A stretch of DNA of 64,000 nucleotides from an uncultured Acidobacteriota bacterium (GTDB taxonomy: Bacteria > Acidobacteriota > Thermoanaerobaculia > Gp7-AA8): assembly GCA_963741955.1 (NCBI GenBank), contig CAVUKB010000005.1, positions 896,001 to 960,000 of the forward strand, given 5' to 3'. Under the pieces are notes generated by a model, which saw nothing but the letters and a program-made list of their open reading frames with translations, did not search any database and was not told the origin of the DNA. The position numbers and the translations under genes were made by a program. This document shows positions 33,001-43,005 of the stretch, piece after piece. Positions within the stretch are counted from its first letter, which is position 1. Every line of letters begins with the position of its first letter.

Positions 33001-33484
33001 GCCGCTGCCCGAGAACGTCCGTATTCTCGGTGCGACCGAAGGTGGCGGTTTCGCCGGTAGCCCAAGACTGGGAAAGATTCCGGTCGCGGTCGGGACCAGT
33101 GGTCAGGTCGTAGGCGAAGGTCACACGCTCAGGTCCCCCGTCATGGACCTGCTGCGGATCCTTGATTCCGACGAGGTCTCCCGCGAGCTCCGCGAAGTCC
33201 GTGTAGCGTTGCGACTCGAGAGGCTCGGTGGCCGCGGGTGCCGGGCGATCCTGATAGCGATATCTGATGGCCGGACGATTCCCGGCGGTGTGGTCGTATT
33301 CAGCCGACAGGCCTGCCGCGGCCTTCGTCTCGGGAAGCTTCACACGCACGAGCCGCCCGAAGGTGTCGTACTCGTACTCGGAAGAACGGTGCCGCCACTC
33401 GGCACGAATCTCTTTGACTCGCCCGGGGTAACCGTTCGCCTGTCCCTCATGCCAGTACGAGAGGACCGTTTTGCGCCCGCGCTG
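27002..33484 (-). pseudogene. Large Rhs/YD-repeat toxin with HINT domain and REase-fold tip; apparently 5'-truncated
   Basis: Many YD repeats; core ...NDPVNMSDPSG; HINT CLIGNT...SHN-C (28033-27404); tip EYQ...FDG...IDRK; YD-like sequence (YEYDTFGRL) continues upstream of the first GTG (33349) to a stop at 33485-33487. Confidence 0.85.
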
Positions 33485-33558
33485 TCAAGCCTGCGCGGTG
33501 CGAGATGCTGTTGAATGTGGTTTCCGCGACCCCTTCGGTCTCGTTGCGGTGGGCGTTA

Positions 33559-33813
33559 CTACTGGCGTCCTTCCGGAAAGAGAACGGATTCGATTCGCCC
33601 GACGCGAGACTCCAGGGTGGTCAGGCGTTGGTCGAGGGGGGGGTACGATAACTTGATCATCGAGCCTGTCTCGGCGAACTCTTGGCGGTTCTCGGTCTGA
33701 TATCGATCGACTTTCTCGTCGAGTAGCGAGAGTGCTTCCAGTATCCGGTCCGACCTTGTCTCGGCGGCTTCGGCCAGGACGTCGAAATGTCGTTTCAGTT
33801 CATCGTCATTCAT
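33559..33813 (-). CDS. Small coiled-coil hypothetical protein
   Basis: 84 aa, heptad-like LDQRLTTLESRVGRIE; GAGG upstream. Confidence 0.55.
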   Translation of the reverse strand: MNDDELKRHFDVLAEAAETRSDRILEALSLLDEKVDRYQTENRQEFAETGSMIKLSYPPLDQRLTTLESRVGRIESVLFPEGRQ

Positions 33814-33933
33814 TCGAGATCGACCTCAACGGATGATTCCTGGGGATTTCGTCGCGGTGAGCGAAGTTTGTGATTCGAGTCGATTTTATCAGCTTGGGTC
33901 GGAGCAGCGGGGATCTGGATGGTCGGTTCGGTG

Positions 33934-34996
33934 CGGGAGGTGAGAACGAGGGTGCGGCAAATGCCGCAGGACGGGCTCGTGGCATCCATCGCTCGCAGCG
34001 GGACGCCGCTCGCCATCGCGCGGGACGCGCGACCCACAGACGCGGATCCACAGGAGGCGCGACCCACGGACGCGTGACCCACTTTGTGGGTTGGACGTCT
34101 CGTCCGATGCAGGGCGGCGTCCCGCGCCGGCCTGCCCGGTGCGAGGAGTGTTCTCTTGAATGGTCTCCGCGAGATCTTGGGGCTCGTCGTGGTGTCGGAA
34201 TGACGTTCGAGAGAGTCGTGTCGGCCCGGGAGGTGAGAACGAGGGTGCGGCAAGTGCCGCAGGACGCGTTCGTGGCAGGCATCGCTCGCGGCGGGACGTC
34301 GCTCGCCATCGCGCGGGACGCGCGACCCACAGACGCGGATCCACAGGAGGCGCGACCCACGGACGCGTGACCCACTTTGTGGGTTGGACGTCTCGTCCGA
34401 TGCAGGGGCGTCCCGCGCCGGCCTGCCCGGTGCGAGGAGTGTTCTCTTGAATGGTCTCCGCGAGATCTTGGGGCTCGTCGTGGTGTCGGAATGACGTTCG
34501 AGAGAGTCGTGTCGGCCCGGGAGGTGAGAACGAGGGTGCGGCAAGTGCCGCAGGACGCGTTCGTGGCAGGCATCGCTCGCGGCGGGACGTCGCTCGCCAT
34601 CGCGCGGGACGCGCGACCCACAGACGCGGATCCACAGGAGGCGCGACCCACGGACGCGTGACCCACTTTGTGGGTTGGACGTCTCGTCCGATGCAGGGGC
34701 GTCCCGCGCCGGCCTGCCCGGTGCGAGGAGTGTTCTCTTGAATGGTCTCCGCGAGCTCTTGGGGCTCGTCGTGGTGTCGGAATGACGTTCGAGAGAGTCG
34801 TGTCGGCCCGGGAGGTGAGAACGAGGGTGCGGCAAATGCCGCAGGACGGGCTCGTGGCATCCATCGCTCGCGGCGGGACGCCGCTCGCCATCGCGCGGGA
34901 CGCGCGACCCACAGACGCGGATCCACAGGAGGCGCGACCCACGGACGCGCGACCCACTTTGTGGGTTGGACGTCTCATCCGATGCAGGGCGGCGTC
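33934..34996. repeat. Tandem array of ~291-bp REP-like units, about 3.6 copies
   Basis: Unit starts at 33934, 34227, 34518 and 34809; each contains GTGGG-plus-hairpin motifs. Confidence 0.93.
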
Positions 34997-35256
34997 ACTT
35001 CGGCGCCTCCTTCGCTGCACGACATTCTACGACACCCGCTGCCGGATCACCGCTTCGCACCTCCGAGCAGGCCTCGGGAGTCGCCGCCGATTCTACGAGG
35101 AGTAGAACCCTCGGTATTTCGGAAAATCCGAGGTCCTCTCGACCACATGGCACGACCACTCTGATTCGAGCTCTCCGATGCGGTGTTCCACGAGGGAGAG
35201 AGCTCGCGATCTCGTTTCGTGGATCGAAGCGGTGACGGCGGTCCGGTTACTGCGGT

Positions 35257-35757
35257 TCAGTAGAGCGAACCGAGACGCCGCGCTTCGCCTGCTCCTTCGA
35301 GATCTTTGATTCTCTTGCCGGAGACCGGATCACACCATTCCGGAACGAGCTCGCGCATCGGCTCCAGGACGAAGTTACGCTCGCGGAAGCGTGGGTGCGG
35401 GAGCGTCAGCTCCCGGCTCCGGACCACCGCGGCGCCGAACATGATCAGGTCGAGATCGATTACGCGTGGAGCGTTGCGAACGCTCCGCCGCCTCCCGAGC
35501 GCAACCTCGATCCCGAGCAGCCTTTCGAGAAAGCGAAACGGAGAGCCGGTCGTCATCGTGAGCACTGCGAGATTGAAGAAATCACCCGCACCGGGTGGCG
35601 AGTCGACGGGCTCCGTGACGTAAATGCGGCTGACCCGGACGGGGGACGAAACCTCGCCGAGATGAGCAACCGCCCGCCGGAGGTTCATCCGCCGGTCGCC
35701 GAGATTCGATCCGATCGAGAGAATTGCCGGGACGGGAAGGCCCGGGTCAATCGTCAC
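35257..35757 (-). CDS. folK: HPPK, folate biosynthesis
   Basis: SIGSNLGDR, PRVIDLDL and LPHPRFRERNFVLEP motifs. Confidence 0.96.
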   Translation of the reverse strand: MTIDPGLPVPAILSIGSNLGDRRMNLRRAVAHLGEVSSPVRVSRIYVTEPVDSPPGAGDFFNLAVLTMTTGSPFRFLERLLGIEVALGRRRSVRNAPRVIDLDLIMFGAAVVRSRELTLPHPRFRERNFVLEPMRELVPEWCDPVSGKRIKDLEGAGEARRLGSLY

Positions 35758-36199
35758 GCTCGTCCTCGACGCTGATCTCGTTCGGGAGCTCGTTCACGTC
35801 GCCCTTGACCCATGGGAAGTACGTACAGAGCTGCGTTCCGATCGCTTCGATCGCCTCGACGATCCCGGCGGTGAATTCGCCACTCTTGAAGCGTTCCGTG
35901 AGCGCAGCCGCAATGCCGTCCCAGTACCCGTCGCCGACTTTGTCGTGGATTCCCCTGTCGCCGAGAATCACGAATTTCTGCTGCTCGGAGGCGATGAAGA
36001 GGAGCACGCCGTTGCGGGCAGCGGTCTTCGTCATTCCGAGCCGCTCGAACGTCCGCTCCGCGACCGTCCGAATGTCCCCGCCGAGGACGCGTGGCTGCAC
36101 ATGGACGCGGACTTCGCCCGAACAGCGCCGCTCGGCATCTGCGATCGCTTCGACGATTTTCTGCTGATCGAGTGTTGCGAGAAAATCCTTCTGCTTCAT
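35747..36199 (-). CDS. TPM-domain protein
   Basis: AERRCSGEVRVHV...RNGVLLF...DRGI...NELPNEI; in the LemA operon. Confidence 0.9.
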   Translation of the reverse strand: MKQKDFLATLDQQKIVEAIADAERRCSGEVRVHVQPRVLGGDIRTVAERTFERLGMTKTAARNGVLLFIASEQQKFVILGDRGIHDKVGDGYWDGIAAALTERFKSGEFTAGIVEAIEAIGTQLCTYFPWVKGDVNELPNEISVEDERDD

Positions 36200-36996
36200 C
36201 ACCAGCCTCCGCTCGCGCCGCCACCACCGAACGAGCCTCCACCGCCGCCGCCCCAACCGCCTCCGACACCCCAGCCTCCTCCGCCGCCACCGCTACCTCC
36301 GCCGAATCCGCCGCCGCCCCAGCCGCCTCCCAGGGTCGTTCCGCCCCCTATGAAGGGAAGGAACGGCAAACAGCCGCAGCCTGCGCACCCTCCACGGGCG
36401 AGCATCGGTCCGATCACGATCAGAAAGACCAGGGCTATGAAAAGCAGCGGTAGAATGTCGCCGAGCCCACCGCGTCCGGTGCCTTTCACCGGCTCGGCAG
36501 GGATCGCGGTCTCTCCCTTCTCGACCACCGCCATCAGCTGGTCGAGGCCCTTGCTGATCCCTCCCGCGTAGTTGCCGTTGCGGAATTCGGGCGCGATGGT
36601 GTTCCGGATGACTCGCGACGAGATCGCGTCGGTGACGCTTCCCTCGAGGCCGTATCCGACTTCGATCCTGATCTTTTTGTCCTGAACGAAGACGAAGAGG
36701 ATCAGAGCGCGATCCTTCCGCACTTTCCACTTCTCGGCCACCCGGATAGTGAAGTCTTCGAGGGCTTCCCCCTCCAGCGAAGGAAAGATGAACACGAGAA
36801 ACTGGGAGCCGGTCCTCTTGTAGAAGGCCTCCAGCTTTTCGTTCATCTGCTGTTGCGACGCGGCGTCGAGAACCCCGGCCGTGTCCGTGACCCACGCGGT
36901 CGGCTTGTCGGGGATATCGAGTGCCCGGAGCTGGGCCGGCAGCAACAGAGTCGTCGAGAGAACGATGAGAAGAATGGTCAGACACGCGCGCTTCAT
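36199..36996 (-). CDS. TPM-domain (YgcG-like) membrane protein
   Basis: Signal peptide, IRIEVGYGLEG motif and Gly-rich tail ending GGASGGW. Confidence 0.92.
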   Translation of the reverse strand: MKRACLTILLIVLSTTLLLPAQLRALDIPDKPTAWVTDTAGVLDAASQQQMNEKLEAFYKRTGSQFLVFIFPSLEGEALEDFTIRVAEKWKVRKDRALILFVFVQDKKIRIEVGYGLEGSVTDAISSRVIRNTIAPEFRNGNYAGGISKGLDQLMAVVEKGETAIPAEPVKGTGRGGLGDILPLLFIALVFLIVIGPMLARGGCAGCGCLPFLPFIGGGTTLGGGWGGGGFGGGSGGGGGGWGVGGGWGGGGGGSFGGGGASGGW

Positions 36997-37148
36997 CGAG
37001 ACCTATTGTTTCGCATTCGGAGCCGATCGTGAAGAGCCAGCGAGATCCCGGCCTCCGTTTTCCGGAACAGACCGGAAATTGCGTTCGCCCGAAAATGAAA
37101 ACGCCGGAGCGCGAGGCCCCGGCGTGGTGATTCAAGAGGTGCGAAGAT

Positions 37149-37790
37149 CTACTTGCCGAAATCGAAATTCACGGTCGGAGCCTGTTCCGCGCCGGCCTGA
37201 GCTTTGAAGTACTGCTTCGCCTGGAAGCCGGTCATCCCGGCGATCAGATTCGCCGGGAACCTGCGGATCGTCGCGTTGAAAGTCTGGGCGACGTTGTTGT
37301 ATCGCCGCCGTTCGACCGTGATCCGGTTCTCGGTTCCTTCGAGCTGGGACTGCAGCTCGAGGAAGTTCTGGTTCGCCTTCAGCTCGGGATAGCGCTCGAC
37401 CACCACCAGGAGGCGGGAGAGGGCGTTCCCGAGGCCCGCCTGCGCGTTCTCGAACTGCTGGAAGGCCTGGGGGTTGGTGGTGGGATTCGGAGCGCCCACG
37501 GGGGCTCCTCCTCCGGTCGTGACCTGACCGACGCGGGATCGCGCTTCGATCACGTTCTGCAGAGTGGTTTTCTCGAAGTTGGCCGCACCCTGAACGGTGC
37601 GAACGAGGTTCGGGATCAGATCGAAGCGGCGCTGATAGACATTCTCCACCTGCGCCCACTGCGAAGTGACGGCTTCGTCGAGCTGCACCAGGCGGTTGTA
37701 TACGCCGACTCCCCAAACCACGAACCCGAGTACGACCACCAGGATCGCACCGAGACATCCCAGGAGCACGCCCCACTTTTTCATGAGCAC
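37149..37790 (-). CDS. lemA: LemA family protein
   Basis: YQRRFDLIPNLV, ERYPELKA and LEGTENRI motifs. Confidence 0.95.
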   Translation of the reverse strand: MLMKKWGVLLGCLGAILVVVLGFVVWGVGVYNRLVQLDEAVTSQWAQVENVYQRRFDLIPNLVRTVQGAANFEKTTLQNVIEARSRVGQVTTGGGAPVGAPNPTTNPQAFQQFENAQAGLGNALSRLLVVVERYPELKANQNFLELQSQLEGTENRITVERRRYNNVAQTFNATIRRFPANLIAGMTGFQAKQYFKAQAGAEQAPTVNFDFGK

Positions 37791-37796
37791 ATCACC

Positions 37797-38096
37797 TCAA
37801 TATTCTTCTTCGTCGTCGTCATCATCAGCATCGTCCGACGCTTCCGGTTCGCCGAGGTCTTCTTCCTCGGAATCATCGAAGGTGTCATCGGGCGTGTCAC
37901 TGTCGTCACTCTCGAGATCGGGTTCTTCGACCGGCTGAGCAACCGCCTTGCTCCGGGCACGTGACGAGGTGCCGGTGTCATCGGGGTCGCGCTGGTCGGC
38001 GCCGCACTTGGGACAGACCGGATTCGGTTTGCCCAGATCGTAAAATTTCGCGTGGCATGCGTGGCAGCTGTGTTTCTTGCCGAGATTCGTAGCCAT
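37797..38096 (-). CDS. TIGR02300 / FYDLN acid-domain protein
   Basis: LGKK..C..C..KFYDL...CPKCG followed by an acidic tail. Confidence 0.9.
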   Translation of the reverse strand: MATNLGKKHSCHACHAKFYDLGKPNPVCPKCGADQRDPDDTGTSSRARSKAVAQPVEEPDLESDDSDTPDDTFDDSEEEDLGEPEASDDADDDDDEEEY

Positions 38097-38209
38097 GGCT
38101 CAGTCGTTCTCCTCGTAACCGAAAAGCGCGCGAAAACTTAGCACCCGCCCTCCCGCGTGTCAACGAGAGGAGACGGGTGCTCGGTTCGAACCTCGGCGGT
38201 CGCGTGGGC

Positions 38210-39886
38210 TCAGTCCACTTTGGGAAGGGTAACGGCCCCGCTCCGGGTACCGCCCTTTGCGCCTTCCTGCGATGCCATCTCTTTCTGGTGGACTTCGGCG
38301 GCCTTCGCCTCGAGCTTCGCCGCCTCGGGGAAGAGCTCGATGGCCCGAGCCACCTGATTGTCTCCTTCCAGCCGGTACGGGTACGACTCGTCGAATCCAT
38401 ATTTTGCGGCGATGATCTCCGCCTTCAACATACGTTTGACGTATTCGACCTCCTCGGGATCCTTCAACGCGTCACGAATGTCGCTGGCGGGCGCGAGGTC
38501 CTTGGAGACGGCATACTTCACGAACTCGTCGACCATGGCGGGGGTCACCGTCACGTCCTTGGTCAGGTCCGGGTGTTTGGCGAAGTAGTTCACGCCGTAG
38601 TCGAAGATCGCACCGCGCACTTCCAGAATCTGGATGACCGGCGGATGCTCGCGCGGCTTGACCACCACGTCGGGAGTGATTCCGCCGCCGCCGTAGACGG
38701 AGCGGCCGATGTCGGTGTGGTAGACCTTCCTCTGGTCCATCGGAACCGCATTCGGCCCGTCGTCCTCTGCGACGTAGTAGTCGTAGAACGAGCTGTAGTC
38801 GCGCTGGATGTTCCGGCCGCTCGGCGTGTAGTACTTGGACGTCGTGAGGGCGAGACCTGCACCGTACTGGAGCGTGTAAACGCTCTGCACCAGACCCTTG
38901 CCCCAACTCGTCTCACCGACCACCAGGCCCCGATCGTGATCCTGAATCGCCCCGGTGACGATCTCGGAAGCGGATGCGCTCTCGCGGTTGACCAGGATGA
39001 CCAGAGGGATGTTCAGCTGGCGGTGCTTGCCCGGAGCCACGAATTCCTGCGAGGAGTCGGGAGTCCGGCCCTTGGTGTAGACGATCATCTCGCCCTTGTC
39101 GATGAAGTGATCGGTGACGCCGACCGCCGCGTCGAGCAGGCCGCCGGGATTGCGGCGGAGGTCGAGGATCAGTTTCGTCATCCCCTGCGCCTGGAGCTTG
39201 TCGATCGCGTCGTCGAGCTCACGGACGGTGGTGTAGGTGAAGTCCTTGATCCGGATGTAGCCGATGCCCGGCCGGACCATCAGAGTGTTGGAGATGGAAT
39301 TGGTGGGGATCGCCGCACGCACGATGGTCAACGGGATCGGCTCCTTGATGCCGACCCGGAGGATCTTGATGTGGACGGTGGTTCCCTTCGGTCCCTTGAG
39401 CGTGCGGACCACCTGGTCGAGCGTCAGATCGCTGGTGGCGGTCCCTTCGACCTCGGAGATGATGTCGCCGGCACGGATACCGAGCCTGGCGGCGGGAGTT
39501 CCCTCGAGGGGGGTGATGACCGTGACCTGGTCGTTCCGCTTGGTCACCAGAATGCCGAGACCGTAGAAAGTTCCCTTCTGCCGGTCCTGCATCTCCGCGT
39601 AATCGCGCGGCGGGAGGAAGGACGAATGGGGATCGAGAGTCCGGAGCATCCCTTCGATCGAAGCGTAAACGAGCTTGTCGTTTCCGACTTCTTCGGGTGC
39701 CCAGTAGGAGGCGGCGGTCAGGACTTCCGAATACTCCTTCAGCCGCTTCTGAAAATCGTTTTCCACGGGGGATCCGAGGAGCTTTTCGCCGTACATTCCA
39801 CCGATCACGGTCGCGGCGACGAAGGCCGCGACGACCGTGATGGCGTACCGCCACGACCGAGTACGTCTGCTGTTTGCATTCTTCAT
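38210..39886 (-). CDS. S41 carboxyl-terminal processing protease
   Basis: LDPHS, PDZ domain, DLRRNPGG, SASASEI and GKGLVQ motifs. Confidence 0.95.
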   Translation of the reverse strand: MKNANSRRTRSWRYAITVVAAFVAATVIGGMYGEKLLGSPVENDFQKRLKEYSEVLTAASYWAPEEVGNDKLVYASIEGMLRTLDPHSSFLPPRDYAEMQDRQKGTFYGLGILVTKRNDQVTVITPLEGTPAARLGIRAGDIISEVEGTATSDLTLDQVVRTLKGPKGTTVHIKILRVGIKEPIPLTIVRAAIPTNSISNTLMVRPGIGYIRIKDFTYTTVRELDDAIDKLQAQGMTKLILDLRRNPGGLLDAAVGVTDHFIDKGEMIVYTKGRTPDSSQEFVAPGKHRQLNIPLVILVNRESASASEIVTGAIQDHDRGLVVGETSWGKGLVQSVYTLQYGAGLALTTSKYYTPSGRNIQRDYSSFYDYYVAEDDGPNAVPMDQRKVYHTDIGRSVYGGGGITPDVVVKPREHPPVIQILEVRGAIFDYGVNYFAKHPDLTKDVTVTPAMVDEFVKYAVSKDLAPASDIRDALKDPEEVEYVKRMLKAEIIAAKYGFDESYPYRLEGDNQVARAIELFPEAAKLEAKAAEVHQKEMASQEGAKGGTRSGAVTLPKVD

Positions 39887-39976
39887 GACGATGTCCTAAA
39901 CGTCATATCCTGATGGAGTATTCGCGCCCGGCACCATGTTCCCAATGACCGGCAGCCAGCCGGAGGAAAGGCCCCT

Positions 39977-40288
39977 ATGTTCGGCTCTATTGGTTTTCCG
40001 GAATTGATCATGATTTTCCTAGTCGCCCTGATCGTCTTCGGGCCGCGACGGCTTCCCGACATCGGGCGGTCGATCGGAAAGGCGCTCGGCGAGTTCCGGC
40101 GCGCCACCAACGAACTGAAAAGCACGCTGGAGGAAGAGGTCCGCCTCGACGAGACCAAACGCGAGGTCGAGAGGTCGTTCAACCCGGATCCCCCGCCGCA
40201 GCCCGCTCCGAAACCGGATACCCCGCCCCCCGCTGGGGAGACGGCGGCCGTTTCGAAGAGCACCGGCTCGGAGACCACCTCCTTATGA
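39977..40288 (+). CDS. Twin-arginine translocase TatA/TatB-family subunit
   Basis: FPELIMIFLVALIVFGPRRLP motif. Confidence 0.92.
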   Translation: MFGSIGFPELIMIFLVALIVFGPRRLPDIGRSIGKALGEFRRATNELKSTLEEEVRLDETKREVERSFNPDPPPQPAPKPDTPPPAGETAAVSKSTGSETTSL

Positions 40289-41067
40289 GCTCCGTCGACG
40301 GAAGTCCTGGAAATCTCGATCTCGGGGCCGATCCCGATGCCGAGCTTCCGAAGATGGGATTTCTGGAGCATCTCGACGAGCTCCGGAAGAGGCTGATCTA
40401 CTCGTTCGCCGCGCTCGCCGTGGCCTTCCTGGTCTGCTGGAACTTCGCACCGCAGATTTTCCATATCATCGAGCTCCCGCTCCTGCAGTATCTCAAACCG
40501 GGAGAACGACTCGCGTACACCCGGATGACCGCCCCCTTCTTCCTCTACATGAAGGTGGCGTTCTTCGCCGCGGTCTTTCTCGCATCTCCGTTCATCCTGA
40601 CCCAGCTCTGGCTCTTCATCGCGCCCGGACTGTACCGTCGGGAGCGCCGCTACGCGCTGCCGTTCATCCTTTTCGCGAGCCTTTTCTTCCTCGCCGGCGG
40701 CTACTTTTCCTATCGGCTGGTCTTCCCGATGGCGTGCAAGTTTTTCGTCGACATGGGAAGGGATTTCCAGCAGGTCATCACCGTCGACGACTACTTCGGC
40801 TTCGCGAACAAGATGATCCTGGGGATGGGGCTGATCTTCGAGACGCCGATCCTGATTTTCTTCCTCGCGCGGCTCGGGATCGTCACTCCGGCGTTCCTGA
40901 TGCAGAAGTTCAAGTACGCGGTGGTCGTGATCTTCATCATCGCCGCCGTGATCACCCCGACTCCCGACATGGTCACCCAATCGGCTCTCGCGGTCCCGAT
41001 GATCCTCCTCTACCTGCTGGGAGTTCTCATCGCGTGGCTGTTCGGAAAGAGACCCGAGACGGACTGA
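40285..41067 (+). CDS. tatC: Twin-arginine translocase TatC
   Basis: EHLDELRKRL, QLWLFIAPGL and ITPTPD motifs. Confidence 0.96.
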   Translation: MSSVDGSPGNLDLGADPDAELPKMGFLEHLDELRKRLIYSFAALAVAFLVCWNFAPQIFHIIELPLLQYLKPGERLAYTRMTAPFFLYMKVAFFAAVFLASPFILTQLWLFIAPGLYRRERRYALPFILFASLFFLAGGYFSYRLVFPMACKFFVDMGRDFQQVITVDDYFGFANKMILGMGLIFETPILIFFLARLGIVTPAFLMQKFKYAVVVIFIIAAVITPTPDMVTQSALAVPMILLYLLGVLIAWLFGKRPETD

Positions 41068-41117
41068 GAACGTTGGAGGATCTGAGAGAGGCCGGCTGGC
41101 GCTGACCTCTTCGCGAC

Positions 41118-42844
41118 CCTAGCCCGCATTTCTCACAAGACTCTTTTGGGGGAGTTCAACCGGAGCTGAAGGGGGCGTTCAGCGTAGATTTTGCCGGAAT
41201 GGGGAGAGTTGGAGTCGAACAAGGCTGAAGTTATTTGACTGGGCGCTGGTTCCGGAGGGCGGCGGAGGTTCGGGCAGTATCGTGCAGCCAACGCTCAGAC
41301 ACACGTTTCCTCTGGTTCAGAGTTGAACAGACGTGGTTGCGGGAAGATGAGTTGAGGAACGATCCGCCTTCAGGGAGAGGCAAGAGCTAAGTTGCTGCAG
41401 ACCAGCGCGAACAGCTTCGTCATCGGATACCCACTCGAGAGTGAGATCCATATCTTGCGCGTGGTCACGCGGATCCGTGCTCCGATCTTGAACAGCTTCA
41501 GCCGAATTGTGTTGCACTGAGCGGTGGCCAGCTCGGTTCCTTTCAGTCCCAGCCGCCGCAACGCATTCATCAGCAGATAGGCCGCCGAAGAAAACCAGAG
41601 CCGCAACTGATTTGCTCTCATCGTTGCCGCCGAGGTCCGATCCGAAAACAGAAAACATTTCTGTTCCTTGATTCGGTTCTCCATCTCTCCGCGCTCACAG
41701 TAGAGCTCTTCGTACAGCGGCTTCACCGCCATCGCCTCCACCGGGAGCGACGTTACGACGAACCTGCCGTTGGCTTTGTCCACCAGGTACTCGGCTTTCG
41801 CCACCACACGACGGGACCGGCTCCAGCTCTTGCGAGTCCGGTAGTTCAGATCCTTGTAGGTGCGGCACGCCTCGGAGAGATGTTGCGACTCGGCTCGTAC
41901 CAGAGCCATCTCCGCCTCGATCATCGCCTCGAGGCGCCGGTTCTTGGGCAGACCGATCGCGTAATCGATCCCTTCGGACTCGCACCAGCTCAGGATCTCG
42001 TCGCAGCAGAATCCCGAATCAGCACGAATCACGATCTTCACATCCGGCCAGCTCTCACGGATCTGCCCAATGATCCGCCTGAGTTCCTCGACCGTTCCCT
42101 CGGCAGGTCCGACGCTCGCCTCTCGCAGACGTGCGCAGAGCAGATCCTGTCCACAGAACACGTAGAGTGGCAGATAGCAGTACGACCCGTAGTGGCCGTG
42201 GAAAAATCGCCCCTCCTGATTCCCATGGATTCTGTCCTCGGTCGTGTCCAGATCAATCACGATCTGATCCGGAGGAGTCGACCTGGATTTTAAGAACACG
42301 TCGACGAAGAATTTATCAATCGCGTTTCCGTCATAGACGATCCGCTTGTATCGATCCTCCCCGTGACCATCCGGGGTCAACTCCAACCGGTTCAGCGTAC
42401 TCTTGCCCGCCAGCGGCTGCCTGGGATCCGATTTGCCCGATAAGGTCCCGATCAGCGGATCCTCACGCAGAGAATCGTGATCGTTCAGATCTTCATATCC
42501 GAGAGCCAATCCCATCACCCGCTGCCGGATCATCGACTCGAGCGAGTGCTGAACCAAAGTGCGTTTTCGGTAATCCCGAAAGCATCCGACGAACCTTTCC
42601 AGAATCCTCGTCCGCCTTTCCGTCTCGAGCAGCAGGAGCCCTCCCCCGTCCGAAGTGAGCTGTCCACCGTCGAACCTGGCGACGATCTCACGCCCTCCCA
42701 CCCCTTGGAATCGCAACTCGTTCCCGCTACACTCTGTCTGCTTCATACCGCCGCCTCCCGTGCTGTTGATGTTGTTGTGCACACTCAACTTAATAGCACG
42801 GAACGGCGGTCTTTTTCTCCCTACTGTGAGAAATCCGGGCTAGG
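41118..42844 (-). mobile_element. IS1380-family insertion sequence
   Basis: Inverted repeats CCTAGCCCG(C/G)ATTTCTCACA at both ends around an intact transposase. Confidence 0.92.
41370..42746 (-). CDS. IS1380-family transposase
   Basis: FDGGQLTSDGG, GYEDLNDHD, HGNQEG, RADSGF and RGEMENRIKE motifs. Confidence 0.95.
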   Translation of the reverse strand: MKQTECSGNELRFQGVGGREIVARFDGGQLTSDGGGLLLLETERRTRILERFVGCFRDYRKRTLVQHSLESMIRQRVMGLALGYEDLNDHDSLREDPLIGTLSGKSDPRQPLAGKSTLNRLELTPDGHGEDRYKRIVYDGNAIDKFFVDVFLKSRSTPPDQIVIDLDTTEDRIHGNQEGRFFHGHYGSYCYLPLYVFCGQDLLCARLREASVGPAEGTVEELRRIIGQIRESWPDVKIVIRADSGFCCDEILSWCESEGIDYAIGLPKNRRLEAMIEAEMALVRAESQHLSEACRTYKDLNYRTRKSWSRSRRVVAKAEYLVDKANGRFVVTSLPVEAMAVKPLYEELYCERGEMENRIKEQKCFLFSDRTSAATMRANQLRLWFSSAAYLLMNALRRLGLKGTELATAQCNTIRLKLFKIGARIRVTTRKIWISLSSGYPMTKLFALVCSNLALASP

Positions 42845-43005
42845 AGTCTGCGCGGTAGAAACTGTCCTACTGCGAAAGCGGATCAATGGTCCAAATCCGC
42901 CCGGATTTTCGGCGAGTAGCCGCCGCTACGCACCTCAAATCCGAACGAATTTGGCCTCGCTGCTCCGCTTTCTCGCTACGGACGTTCCTACCGCGCAGAC
43001 TCCTA
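42841..43005. mobile_element. ~165-bp non-coding MITE-like element wedged between two IS1380 ends
   Basis: Inverted repeats TAGGAGTCTGCGCGGTAG / CTACCGCGCAGACTCCTA. Confidence 0.65.

Noticed and set aside
33934-34996. CRISPR array
   Set aside because: Whole ~291-bp units repeat with no unique spacers, and there are no cas genes
33806-35020. Long repetitive ORFs (404, 341 and 345 aa) across the tandem array
   Set aside because: The 291-bp unit is a multiple of 3 and GC-rich, so several frames stay open; Arg/Pro/Ser-rich with no domain
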